Assembly: GCA_965238075.1 (NCBI GenBank)
Contig: OZ250173.1
Coordinates: 3,104,001 to 3,168,000, forward strand
Direction of reading: 5' to 3'
Length of the DNA: 64,000 bases
DNA from: Candidatus Entotheonellaceae bacterium
Lineage (GTDB): Bacteria; Tectomicrobia; Entotheonellia; Entotheonellales; Entotheonellaceae
Shown here: positions 10,254 to 19,356 of the stretch, in pieces
Position numbering within the stretch: position 1 is the first letter of the stretch
How the letters are laid out: every line of letters starts with the position of its first letter
Position numbers and translations under genes: made by a program
Notes under the pieces: model-generated
Database searches by the model: none
What the model saw: only the letters and a program-made list of their open reading frames with translations
What the model was told of the DNA's origin: nothing

Positions 10254-10426
10254 GACATTAGGTATTAGACCAAACAACGATCAATAATGCCATGCTCTCG
10301 CAGCGCATGGATTGTCGCCGTGTGCTGGTGTGCTCGAGAAGTATATCTTGTCTGAGACAAGATTGTTTCGTAACGTTTGTTCTGCCCCGGTAACTGTTAA
10401 CATCCGTGCGATCAAAGGAATGGTTT

Positions 10427-11212
10427 ATGGCAAACCTGAGCCTGAAAAATGTCCCGCAGGCTATTGTTGAAAGCCAAATATGGAAATCGATCTTTCGACA
10501 CGGCTATACGATGAACCGTCGGAATCGTTTATTGGCAATCACAAACAATGTCTTCTATCATATCCTTCCGACGAAAATCAGCAAATATGGCGTGCGGATG
10601 CGCTTCCACTGGGGTGCCGGAATTATTACGTTTTACCTTTTCTTAATACTGACTTTTACTGGCGTCTTGTTGATGTTTTATTATGTTCCGACCGTGCCCC
10701 GCGCCTACTATGACATGAAAGACTTGCAGCATGTGGTGCCGTTTGGAAACATTCTCCGTAATATGCATCGGTATGGCGCGCACGCCATGGTCTTTATGGT
10801 TATGGTTCACATGGCGCGCACGTTTTATACGAGTTCCTACAAGCCGCCACGCGAATTCAATTGGGTCGTAGGCGTTATTCTCCTCAATTTCACCTTCCTC
10901 CTAAGCTTTAGCGGATATCTGTTGCCCTGGGACCAATTGGCGATTTGGGCAGTGACGGTCGGAACCAATATGGCGCGGGCGACACCCCTTATCGGGCATG
11001 AAGGGCCTTTTGCCAACGTTCTTGGAATGAAGATCAACAATGACATCCGTTTTGCCTTGCTTGGCGGCACTACCGTGGGTTCCGCGACCTTATTACGTTT
11101 CTATGTGCTGCACTGTATTGGCTTCCCGATTATCTTGACCGTCTTTATTGTGGTTCACTTTTGGCGTGTACGTCGCGACGGTTTTTCGGGCGACGTGCCG
11201 GTTCGAGAGTAA
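10427..11212 (+). CDS. Cytochrome b6-like N-terminal subunit (4 TM)
   Basis: Haem ligands in [18 protein letters not shown] and [35 protein letters not shown]. Confidence 0.95.
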   Translation: MANLSLKNVPQAIVESQIWKSIFRHGYTMNRRNRLLAITNNVFYHILPTKISKYGVRMRFHWGAGIITFYLFLILTFTGVLLMFYYVPTVPRAYYDMKDLQHVVPFGNILRNMHRYGAHAMVFMVMVHMARTFYTSSYKPPREFNWVVGVILLNFTFLLSFSGYLLPWDQLAIWAVTVGTNMARATPLIGHEGPFANVLGMKINNDIRFALLGGTTVGSATLLRFYVLHCIGFPIILTVFIVVHFWRVRRDGFSGDVPVRE

Positions 11213-11275
11213 TGCGCCAGGTCCAGCAAGACAGGCAGGAAATTGGTCGTTTTGCGCAGATAATAAGGTGAGGTT

Positions 11276-12100
11276 ATGGCAACTACCGAAAAAAGCGGGA
11301 AGACTGAACAGGCCACAAGAAGGGCAGCTCGAGCGGTGCCGACGGCCAGTTCGGAGAGGTTTGAGCTGACGTGGCCGTACTTCATGTACACGATCGTCAT
11401 CTGTTTCCTTTTAACGACGATCGTCCTGTGGGTTTGGTCCATGGTCGCCCCGGCGCCATTGGAGCCGATTGCCGACCCCAACAGGACGCCCAATCCCTCC
11501 AAGGCGCCTTGGTATTTTGTGGGGTTGCAGGAACTGCTGGTTTACTTCGATCCATGGATAGCGGGCGTGGCGCTGCCGGGTCTTATTCTCGGTGGTCTCA
11601 TGGCCATTCCTTATATCGACAAGAACACCCATGGTATTGGCGAGTATAACTATAAGGATCGAAAGTTCGCGGTGTGGGTGTTTTCCTTGGGAACGGTGTT
11701 TTGGTTCCTTATGATTATTATCGGATATTTCTTTCGCGGACCCAGTTGGCAGTGGTATTGGCCCTGGGAGAGTTGGGAAATCCACAAAGAATCCAACGTC
11801 GTTACCCATAGCTGGAGTCTACTTGTGGGCTCACTCTTCTTAATTGGTTACACCGCTATTGGTCTCATTATCCCTGTGGTGATTCCCTACTTGATCGGCC
11901 CAAGAGTCAAACCCGCTTCTTGGATTAAGAAGTTCTGTGACGCGCTGCAAGAATTCTACGAGAAGCGTGGTGCAATCATTTATACGATTGAAATGCTGTT
12001 GCTACTTGCCATGCTCGGCATCCCGGTTAAGATGATTCTGCGGCTGTTTTTCAACGTCAAATATATCCTGGAAATCCCTGCGATTAATCTAAATATCTAG
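11276..12100 (+). CDS. Cytochrome b C-terminal subunit (subunit IV-like) with extra C-terminal TM helices
   Basis: ADPNRTPNPSKAPWYFVGLQELL (variant of the PEWY motif), IPYIDKN. Confidence 0.9.
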   Translation: MATTEKSGKTEQATRRAARAVPTASSERFELTWPYFMYTIVICFLLTTIVLWVWSMVAPAPLEPIADPNRTPNPSKAPWYFVGLQELLVYFDPWIAGVALPGLILGGLMAIPYIDKNTHGIGEYNYKDRKFAVWVFSLGTVFWFLMIIIGYFFRGPSWQWYWPWESWEIHKESNVVTHSWSLLVGSLFLIGYTAIGLIIPVVIPYLIGPRVKPASWIKKFCDALQEFYEKRGAIIYTIEMLLLLAMLGIPVKMILRLFFNVKYILEIPAINLNI

Positions 12101-12189
12101 CCAGCTTCCGTATTGATCTGTCCGGAGTGAGGCAGAGCTTTGTTTGACGTCCGATAAAGGCAAGTGCGTAGTTTGGAAAGGAAAACGTC

Positions 12190-13509
12190 ATGGCAGAAAA
12201 GAAGGTTAAGCTGTTTAGCAACACCTTCATGGCTGCAGCGTTTGCTCTTGGTAATTTTGCATTGCTATTGCTGCTGATGTGGACAGTAACGTATGAGTAT
12301 GGGCCGGAGTGGAAGAAGTACCAGCGTCAGTATTATCGTTTGTTGTCGGAACGGACAGATGATGTCGAAGCCAGACAAAGAATCCTTTCTACACCTCTCG
12401 AGATAAAGCAGGTGTGGACACCTAAGTTGGAAATCATTGACCGCTGCATGACCTGTCACCTTGGTGTCAAGAATCCCAAGATGATTGACGTGCCTCAACC
12501 TTTCCGAGTCCATCCCGACTTCCAGCAGCACGCCTTTAATGAAATTGGATGCGCCGTTTGCCATGAAGGGCAGGGGTTCTCTACAACCGTGCATGCGGCT
12601 CACGTTATGGAAGACCTTGAGGCACGTTTTGGTCCCTTCGATGAGCAGCACTCGGGCTGGAGCCGACCCATGCTGCCATTGGAGTACACCCAGGCTTCAT
12701 GTCAAAAATGTCACAATGTGATGGAGGCACCCATCCCCGGCGCCGAACACCTCAACATGGGTTGGCAGCTGGTGCAAGAGAAGGGCTGCCGAACGTGCCA
12801 TTACATCGTTGACGGCGGTGCGAAGCAGGCGCCCGAACTCAGCATCGCAGGCTCGACCTTCTTCAATGAATCCGGCCATTCTGAGTTGTTCCGCCACCGA
12901 CGTTTTGGCTACCTCAAGGAATCTCTCCGTTGCCCGCAGGCGAATCTCAGCCACGTGGCCGCCGAGGCCTGCCCGGACCCGCCACCTGTGACCCCTCCAG
13001 ACAGCACGTCTGCGAACGGCGACGGTGGTGCGACGCCTGCTGTTACAGCGGTTGTTGCGATGCCCAACTTTGGGCTTGATGATGATGAGCTGCGGAACGT
13101 GGTCATTTTCCTCTTGAGCTTGAAAGAGGCGACGGTGACTTGGCCTCAGAAGTCTTTTGCTGAGATCGCTGAGGGTAACGGACAAGCCGCCGCAAGCGAT
13201 GTGCCTGCCTGGGCTGGAAAGAGCGGCGCGGAGTTGGTGCAAGCTGCCGGATGTATTGCCTGTCACAAGTTCGATGGCCCGGAACGCATGGTGGGCCCGA
13301 GTTTGTGGGATATTGGAGTGAGGAAAGACAAAGGTTACATTCGGGAATCGATTCTTGAGCCTGACAAAGTGATTGCCGCCGGCGATCCCCCATACGCTCC
13401 GGGGGTCATGCAGGCAACGCTGACCAGCGTGGGTTTTTATCAGCACATAACTCTGGAAGCATTGGAGAGTATCGTCGAATATCTCGCCAGCCTGAACGGC
13501 GAAACCTAG
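12190..13509 (+). CDS. Membrane-anchored pentahaem cytochrome c
   Basis: N-terminal TM; five CxxCH motifs (CMTCH, CAVCH, CQKCH, CRTCH, CIACH). Confidence 0.92.
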   Translation: MAEKKVKLFSNTFMAAAFALGNFALLLLLMWTVTYEYGPEWKKYQRQYYRLLSERTDDVEARQRILSTPLEIKQVWTPKLEIIDRCMTCHLGVKNPKMIDVPQPFRVHPDFQQHAFNEIGCAVCHEGQGFSTTVHAAHVMEDLEARFGPFDEQHSGWSRPMLPLEYTQASCQKCHNVMEAPIPGAEHLNMGWQLVQEKGCRTCHYIVDGGAKQAPELSIAGSTFFNESGHSELFRHRRFGYLKESLRCPQANLSHVAAEACPDPPPVTPPDSTSANGDGGATPAVTAVVAMPNFGLDDDELRNVVIFLLSLKEATVTWPQKSFAEIAEGNGQAAASDVPAWAGKSGAELVQAAGCIACHKFDGPERMVGPSLWDIGVRKDKGYIRESILEPDKVIAAGDPPYAPGVMQATLTSVGFYQHITLEALESIVEYLASLNGET

Positions 13510-13556
13510 GGAGAAACACTGTTCAGGGAGATATCATACATCGACCAAGGGTTTCC

Positions 13557-13627
13557 GCATCGGGCGTTCGAGGAGCCCGATGCATAAGTGGCAACAGGTT
13601 GCCGCGGTTGCTCCGGTGGTTTGGAGC
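13557..13627 (+). promoter_or_regulatory. Three consecutive stem-loops in the atpE leader
   Basis: GCATCGGGC/GCCCGATGC (13557-13583), GTGGCAA/TTGCCGC (13588-13605), GCTCCGG/TTGGAGC (13610-13627). Confidence 0.5.
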
Positions 13628-13663
13628 TGCTTCATCGTTAAGTAAAGAGAGGAGAAAGTTGTT

Positions 13664-13894
13664 ATGGCTGACGTTGTCAATCTCGGACATCTCGCAGCGG
13701 GTTTTGGAGCGGGTGCGGTAACGGTTGGTGCAGGTTACGGCATTGGCCGCATTGCCGGGGCAGCCATGGAAGGCAGCGCACGCAACCCGCAGGCGGCAGG
13801 CGATGTGCGGACTTCGATGATTATCGCGTGCGCTTTGATCGAAGGTGTGGCGCTCTTCGGTGAAGTCATTTGTCTCCTTTTAGCTCTCAAGTAA
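13664..13894 (+). CDS. atpE: F-type ATP synthase Fo subunit c
   Basis: GAGYGIG glycine motif, ARNP loop, ALIEGVALF with the ion-binding Glu. Confidence 0.96.
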   Translation: MADVVNLGHLAAGFGAGAVTVGAGYGIGRIAGAAMEGSARNPQAAGDVRTSMIIACALIEGVALFGEVICLLLALK

Positions 13895-13903
13895 GTACAC
13901 ATC

Positions 13904-14398
13904 ATGCTAACGATAGAACCCGGGCTATTAATCTGGACCATCATTACGTTCGTCATTCTGTTGGCCGTGCTGGGCAAGTTAGCCTGGAAGCCGTTGCTTG
14001 GGGCTTTGGAACAACGCGAGACGACGATACGCGAGTCGCTGGAAAAAGCTGAGCAGGCGCGTCTTGAAGCAGAGCAATTGATGGCTCAGAACCAGCAGAT
14101 TCTAGCTGAGGCGAACCGGCAGGCGAACCGTATTCTCGCGCAGGCGCAGGAGGAGGGCCAACGCCTCCGTGATTCTCTTGCTGAGCAGGCGCGTCAGGAT
14201 TCCCTACGCCTTCGGGAAGAGACCCGCCAGGAGCTTGCAAGGGAGAGGCAGCTTGCCGTGCAGGATCTGAAACGAACTGCCAGTGACTTGGCTCTCGCTG
14301 CTACGGAACGACTTCTGAGTACGGTTGTATCCAGTGATGATCATCGCCGTTTGGTCGACGAGTTCCTGGATCGCTTTCCCGACGGCCTAGATGGCTAA
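13904..14398 (+). CDS. atpF: F-type ATP synthase Fo subunit b
   Basis: PGLLIWTIITFVILLAVLGKLAWKPLL...LEQRE, then a long coiled coil. Confidence 0.95.
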   Translation: MLTIEPGLLIWTIITFVILLAVLGKLAWKPLLGALEQRETTIRESLEKAEQARLEAEQLMAQNQQILAEANRQANRILAQAQEEGQRLRDSLAEQARQDSLRLREETRQELARERQLAVQDLKRTASDLALAATERLLSTVVSSDDHRRLVDEFLDRFPDGLDG

Positions 14399-14440
14399 AA
14401 CCCATATCGTCGCGCTGTTTGCGATGACCCCTGTTCTGCC

Positions 14441-14494
14441 AAACGGCGGGTGAAGGACGTAACTCCCCGTAGAGTTGTCCTATTCCCGCCGTTT
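14441..14494. other. Long imperfect hairpin downstream of atpF
   Basis: AAACGGCGGG/CCCGCCGTTT outer stem with AGGAC/GTCCT and AACTC/GAGTT inner stems. Confidence 0.45.
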
Positions 14495-14590
14495 CCTTCA
14501 GTACGCAATACGCCTACCTCGTTCGTTTTTCCTGACCCTTCATAGAAGTCATAATCCATTGTCACGACGTTTCCAATGTGCTTCTTGCTG

Positions 14591-14606
14591 GGGCACTTTC
14601 GTTGCA
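14591..14606 (+). promoter_or_regulatory. Possible sigma54 -24/-12 promoter upstream of xerD-glnD
   Basis: GGGCAC-TTTCG-TTGCA (GG-N10-GC spacing; consensus TGGCAC-N5-TTGCW). Confidence 0.3.
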
Positions 14607-14668
14607 GGCAGGTATGCGTTATGCTCTGCTGACACGTGAGAGTTGCGTTTATCCAGGGGAGTCCATAT

Positions 14669-15592
14669 ATGCCTTCTTCCCTCCGCGAGAAGGGATCAGC
14701 ATTATTTGAACATCACCTCGACAGGCTGCAGCAATATCTTATCGTCGAGAAAGGTCTTTCGCGTAACACCCTCGCCGCCTATCTCTCGGATTTACAACGT
14801 TTCAAGGACTTCGTTCAACAAGAACGCCTCCCTGCCTTCCAGGACCTCACGCCTGACCACATCACTGGCTATCTTGCAAAGCGCCGACAGCAAGGGGTTG
14901 CCGCGCGCACCTTGGCGCGCGAACTGGTTTCCATCAAAACGCTGTATCGCTTCCTCCGAGAGGAGGGGACTCTGGCGGTTGATCCCACCGAGCAGATATC
15001 CACGCCGCAGCAAAGACAAGTTCTCCCTGACGTGCTCAGCCTGGACGAAGTCGAACAGCTTCTCGAGGCGCCTGATACGGACACGTCTTTGGGTAAGCGC
15101 GACGCCGCCATGCTCGAAGTTCTCTACGCTACCGGCTTGCGGGTTAGTGAATTGGTGGAATTGCACCTTGGGGATGTACACGCCATAACCGGTTACATAA
15201 AGGTGCGCGGCAAGGGTGGAAAAGAACGCCTGGTGCCCATGGGAGAGGTGGCGGCATGGCGAGTGGAAGATTATGTGTTGGCAGGACGCCCCGAGCTCGC
15301 CAAAGGCCGCCAAGCCGCGGCCCTTTTCATCAACCGTTCTGCCCGCGGGTTGACCCGGCAGGCGTTATGGAAGATCGTGAAGAAGTACGTGCAGCAGGCG
15401 GCAATTCATAAATCCATAAGCCCTCATACCCTGCGCCATTCCTTCGCAACGCATCTCCTTGCGGGTGGAGCCGACCTGCGGTCGCTTCAGCATATGCTGG
15501 GTCATGTCGATATTTCGACCACTCAGATATATACCCATGTTGTGCAGCATCGCCTGCGGGCAGTCTATACGGAGCATCATCCCCGTCCATAG
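14669..15592 (+). CDS. xerD: Tyrosine recombinase XerD
   Basis: EKGLSRNTLAAY, LYATGLRVSEL, GKGGKERLVP, SPHTLRHSFATHLL, LGHVDISTTQIYTHV, HHPR C-terminus. Confidence 0.93.
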   Translation: MPSSLREKGSALFEHHLDRLQQYLIVEKGLSRNTLAAYLSDLQRFKDFVQQERLPAFQDLTPDHITGYLAKRRQQGVAARTLARELVSIKTLYRFLREEGTLAVDPTEQISTPQQRQVLPDVLSLDEVEQLLEAPDTDTSLGKRDAAMLEVLYATGLRVSELVELHLGDVHAITGYIKVRGKGGKERLVPMGEVAAWRVEDYVLAGRPELAKGRQAAALFINRSARGLTRQALWKIVKKYVQQAAIHKSISPHTLRHSFATHLLAGGADLRSLQHMLGHVDISTTQIYTHVVQHRLRAVYTEHHPRP

Positions 15593-15602
15593 GATCAGGC
15601 GT

Positions 15603-18305
15603 ATGGCAACCTCCACCACCGCGTACGACATGCAAGGGGGGCCACATTCCTTTGCACCGCTTTTGGATCGCGGTTTTGAGCGGCCGCAGTTTCTTCAAGG
15701 CTTGAAAACGTTGACCGCCGCCGCAAATGGGCGCATCCGTCAGGAGCACGATGCCGGGGCGCGGGGTCGGAATGTCGTGCGCCACCTTTCGGCCTTGGTT
15801 GATGATGTGGTGCGCACCGTTTTTCAGTACGTTGTCGGCCATCATTCCAGTCCGGCGGAACCCTGTGCGCTCTTAGCCTTGGGGGGGTATGGCCGGGGGG
15901 AGATGAACCCCTATTCGGACATCGATCTGATGTTCCTCTGCCACAAAACGGCGCCTGGAGATGTGGTGCGAGAAACACTCTATTTGCTTTGGGACGCCGG
16001 GTACACCCTGGGCCACAGCGTACGAACTCGGCGCGACGTGATCAAAATGGCCGATGCGGACCTGACCGCCCAGACGGCGATGCGCGAAGCCCGTTTCCTT
16101 GAAGGCGATTCCCAGTTGTATCGCTGGTTTGAAGAGGAAATTCACCACAAGCGTTTCAGCCCGCGCAGGCGGCGTAGTTTCATACAGCGCAAGATCGCGG
16201 AGTGTCGTGAGCGCCACGCGACCTTCTCCAATACTGTCAATGTGATGGAACCGAACGTCAAGGAGAGCCCAGGAGGGTTACGCGATTACCATACGGCGCG
16301 TTGGATTGCCGCGGCATTTTACCGTGCCGAAACGGCGGCGGACTTGGAGAGCGAAGGGCTGTTAACCCAAGAGGACCGGCAGGCGGTGGAAGCAGCGCTG
16401 GATTTTCTGTTCCGAGTTCGTAATGCGCTGCATTATCACTACGGTCGCAAGAACGACTTGCTGTCCGTAGACGTGCAGGAGACTCTGGCAGCCGCGTTGC
16501 AGTTTGAGGCTAGTGACGAGAAGCTGGCGGTCGAATATTTCCTCAAGGCTTATTACGTTCATGCCAATGTGATCGCCCATTTTTGTCAAACTGTCGTGGA
16601 AGCTGTGTCGCGCATGTATCGGCCGCGCCTCTGGTCGATGTTACACCGTACTCGGCGGGTCGGGGATGGCTTCGTTATTCGGGACGGTTACCTGGGTTAT
16701 GAAGCTGCGGCCCTTGATGAGGTTTTCACAACTCAGCCGGCGCTCATGATGCAGGTCTTTGTGAAAGCGTATGACTGCCGAGTACCAATGGAGCCAGTGC
16801 TGTCCCGCACCATCAAGGCTAAGGCCGGCCTGTTCGCGGATGAAACCACCCGGTGCTCATCTGAAGTGCGGGCAACCTTTTGGCACATCTTGTCCCAGCC
16901 CCATTCAGCCTCCATTCTGCGTGCGCTGCACTGGCACGGCTTGCTGAACGCGTATATCCCGGAGTTTGCCCCCTTGACCTGTTTGCCGTCATACGATCTG
17001 CATCATTGTTATACGGTCGACGAACACACGCTTCTCACGATTGAAAAGATCGAAAGCCTTGCAGAAACCACAGTGCCCATGCTACGTCCGTTGGCGCGGC
17101 TTTACGAAGAAACGTCCGACTCGGACAAGAAATTGTTGAAGCTGGCCTTGTTGTTGCACGATCTGGGTAAGGATGTCGGGCCGGGCAAAGCCTCGCACGT
17201 GCATCGCAGTGGCGAGCTTGCCGAAGAGGCGTGTGAACGATTTGAATTGCCGGCTGAGCAACGCCACGTCATCCAGGTGTTGGTTGTGCATCACTTGGCG
17301 ATGAATCGATTGGCTCAGCGGCGGGACATTGCCGATAAGAAGGTTATCGCGGAATGTGCCAGCCTTGTCGAGACGCCATCCAATCTGCGGCAACTTTACC
17401 TACTGACATTTGCGGATACATCTGCGGTGGGGCCTGACGTGTGGACCGTCTGGAAGGGTACCCTATTGGCGGAACTTTACCACCGCACCCACGACTACCT
17501 TGTTCAGCAACGGCCGGTCATCGCACCGTCCAATGACGAACTCCGCAGCCGCGCCCGTGTGGGCCTGATGGCGGCCCTGAATGGCCAGGGGAGCCCTGCC
17601 GAAGTCGACTATTTCCTCGCCTCCATGCCGGCCAGGTACCTGATGGCCACGGCTCCCGGTCAGATGGCTATTCATCTGAGCATGGCGAAAAAATCCCGGC
17701 AATTGCCCGTTGTTCTGTATGCGGAACAGCACGCCTCGGCAGGGTTTAGCAGCGTAACGATCTGTGCCACGGAGAGACGTGGCATCTTTTCCCTGATAGC
17801 CGGGGTCTTGAGCCACAACAGACTCAATATCTTGGGCGCTGAAATTTATACCTCCCAGGACGATTTGGCCCTTGATATTCTGCATGTGGAGACGCTCGAT
17901 CAAAGAGCCGTGACGTCTCCGCAGGTGTGGCAGCGTGTCGAAGCGGCTTTGCGTGATGCTCTCGGCGATGTGCGTCACGTTGAGCAAGTTCCCTTGCCAG
18001 GACGGCGCCCCCTCAAGAGCCAGAAGTTCGACGTATTTGTGAAACCGCCGCATATTGTGATCAATAATAGTCACTCCGATACCCACACCATTCTCGAGTT
18101 GCAGGCTCAGGATAGCCTAGGGCTGCTTTATCGGCTCACGCGCGTCCTCTATGAACAGGATGTAGACATTGCGTTGGCAAAGATTTCTACAGAGGGAAAC
18201 AAAGCGATTGACGTTTTCTATGTGACGGATGCAGATGGGCGAAAGATCGTAGAGGAAACGGCGCTGGAATCCATACGACAGGCACTCTTGGCAGCGGCCG
18301 TTTGA
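15603..18305 (+). CDS. glnD: PII uridylyltransferase/uridylyl-removing enzyme
   Basis: ALGGYGRGEMNPYSDIDL, EPNVKESPGGLRD, YTVDEH, LLHDLGK HD domain, two C-terminal ACT domains; start set at ATG 15603 just after xerD. Confidence 0.96.
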   Translation: MATSTTAYDMQGGPHSFAPLLDRGFERPQFLQGLKTLTAAANGRIRQEHDAGARGRNVVRHLSALVDDVVRTVFQYVVGHHSSPAEPCALLALGGYGRGEMNPYSDIDLMFLCHKTAPGDVVRETLYLLWDAGYTLGHSVRTRRDVIKMADADLTAQTAMREARFLEGDSQLYRWFEEEIHHKRFSPRRRRSFIQRKIAECRERHATFSNTVNVMEPNVKESPGGLRDYHTARWIAAAFYRAETAADLESEGLLTQEDRQAVEAALDFLFRVRNALHYHYGRKNDLLSVDVQETLAAALQFEASDEKLAVEYFLKAYYVHANVIAHFCQTVVEAVSRMYRPRLWSMLHRTRRVGDGFVIRDGYLGYEAAALDEVFTTQPALMMQVFVKAYDCRVPMEPVLSRTIKAKAGLFADETTRCSSEVRATFWHILSQPHSASILRALHWHGLLNAYIPEFAPLTCLPSYDLHHCYTVDEHTLLTIEKIESLAETTVPMLRPLARLYEETSDSDKKLLKLALLLHDLGKDVGPGKASHVHRSGELAEEACERFELPAEQRHVIQVLVVHHLAMNRLAQRRDIADKKVIAECASLVETPSNLRQLYLLTFADTSAVGPDVWTVWKGTLLAELYHRTHDYLVQQRPVIAPSNDELRSRARVGLMAALNGQGSPAEVDYFLASMPARYLMATAPGQMAIHLSMAKKSRQLPVVLYAEQHASAGFSSVTICATERRGIFSLIAGVLSHNRLNILGAEIYTSQDDLALDILHVETLDQRAVTSPQVWQRVEAALRDALGDVRHVEQVPLPGRRPLKSQKFDVFVKPPHIVINNSHSDTHTILELQAQDSLGLLYRLTRVLYEQDVDIALAKISTEGNKAIDVFYVTDADGRKIVEETALESIRQALLAAAV

Positions 18306-18342
18306 GGCGAATCGATACTGAGAGAAGACGTACGGCAGGGGC

Positions 18343-19350
18343 ATGGAACACATTCTTGAGTTGCCACGCGGGCGGGTGATTCCCCAGTTGTTCGGCATTC
18401 ACGATGCCAATTTGCGCTACATCGAGGAACATCTTTCCGTTGCGATCCGGGCGCATGAAAACATCGTAACCATTGCCGGAAGTGCCACCTCGGTTGAATT
18501 AGCAGCCAAGTTGCTGGAGGGGGCATATCGCTTGTTGGAGGCCGGTATTCGGCTCGATATCGCCGACCTGGGGTTTTTGACAAGCCTCATAGAAAATGGC
18601 GAGGAATTGAATCCCGGCACCATACGGTCTGAGCGTATCGCGATTCCGGGCAAGAAAGGTTTTGTGAGTCCGAAAAGCCTTGGACAGCGACGATATATTC
18701 AGGCCATACGACGTCACGATATCGTGGTGGGTATCGGCCCGGCGGGAACCGGAAAAACCTACCTCGCCATGGCGATGGCTGTGGCGGAGCTGGAGCAAAA
18801 GAGGTGCAGTCGCATCATTCTTGCGCGTCCGGCGGTGGAGGCCGGCGAGCGACTCGGATTTCTTCCCGGTGACCTACTGGATAAGGTGAACCCCTACCTG
18901 CGACCTCTCTACGATGCCCTGTATGATATGGTGGAATTCGACGAGGCCCAGCGTCTCATCGAACGGGGGGCCATTGAGGTCGCTCCGCTGGCGTTCATGC
19001 GCGGCCGCACACTCAATGACTCCTTCATCATCCTCGATGAGGCCCAAAACGCCACGAGCGAACAGATGAAAATGTTCCTGACGCGGCTGGGCTTTTATTC
19101 CAAAGCCGTCATCACCGGTGACATCACGCAGGTGGATCTGCCCAATCGCAAGGAATCGGGCCTGATCCAGATTCAGCGAATTCTGCATGGCATCGACGGG
19201 ATTGATTTCGTCTATTTTTCCGAGCGCGACGTGGTGCGTCATCCCCTTGTGCAAGAGATTATCAAGGCTTATGACCGCTACGGTAACGGGGCGGAGAAAA
19301 CGGCCGAGGAGCCGGGGGAGGAAACGTCGGGCTCCGTTTCGGACCGCTGA
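18343..19350 (+). CDS. phoH: PhoH/YbeZ-like ATPase
   Basis: GIGPAGTGKTYLA, RPAVEAGERLGFLPGD, LAFMRGRTL, DEAQN. Confidence 0.96.
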   Translation: MEHILELPRGRVIPQLFGIHDANLRYIEEHLSVAIRAHENIVTIAGSATSVELAAKLLEGAYRLLEAGIRLDIADLGFLTSLIENGEELNPGTIRSERIAIPGKKGFVSPKSLGQRRYIQAIRRHDIVVGIGPAGTGKTYLAMAMAVAELEQKRCSRIILARPAVEAGERLGFLPGDLLDKVNPYLRPLYDALYDMVEFDEAQRLIERGAIEVAPLAFMRGRTLNDSFIILDEAQNATSEQMKMFLTRLGFYSKAVITGDITQVDLPNRKESGLIQIQRILHGIDGIDFVYFSERDVVRHPLVQEIIKAYDRYGNGAEKTAEEPGEETSGSVSDR

Positions 19351-19356
19351 CGCGTT

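Noticed and set aside
13664-13894. Na+-translocating or N-type ATPase c subunit
   Set aside because: The Glu is followed by Gly (EG), with no ES/ET and no helix-1 Gln, so it looks H+-type; no atpQ/atpR nearby
14669-15592. Tyrosine recombinase as a phage or island integrase
   Set aside because: XerD-specific motifs, housekeeping neighbours, no att repeats or cargo genes
15459-15602. N-terminal extension of glnD in the ORF track (similar over-extensions for mutS, apt, lptC, ccmA, ccmB and the EF-G paralogue)
   Set aside because: They overlap neighbouring genes or tRNAs, or lack an RBS; downstream starts fit better
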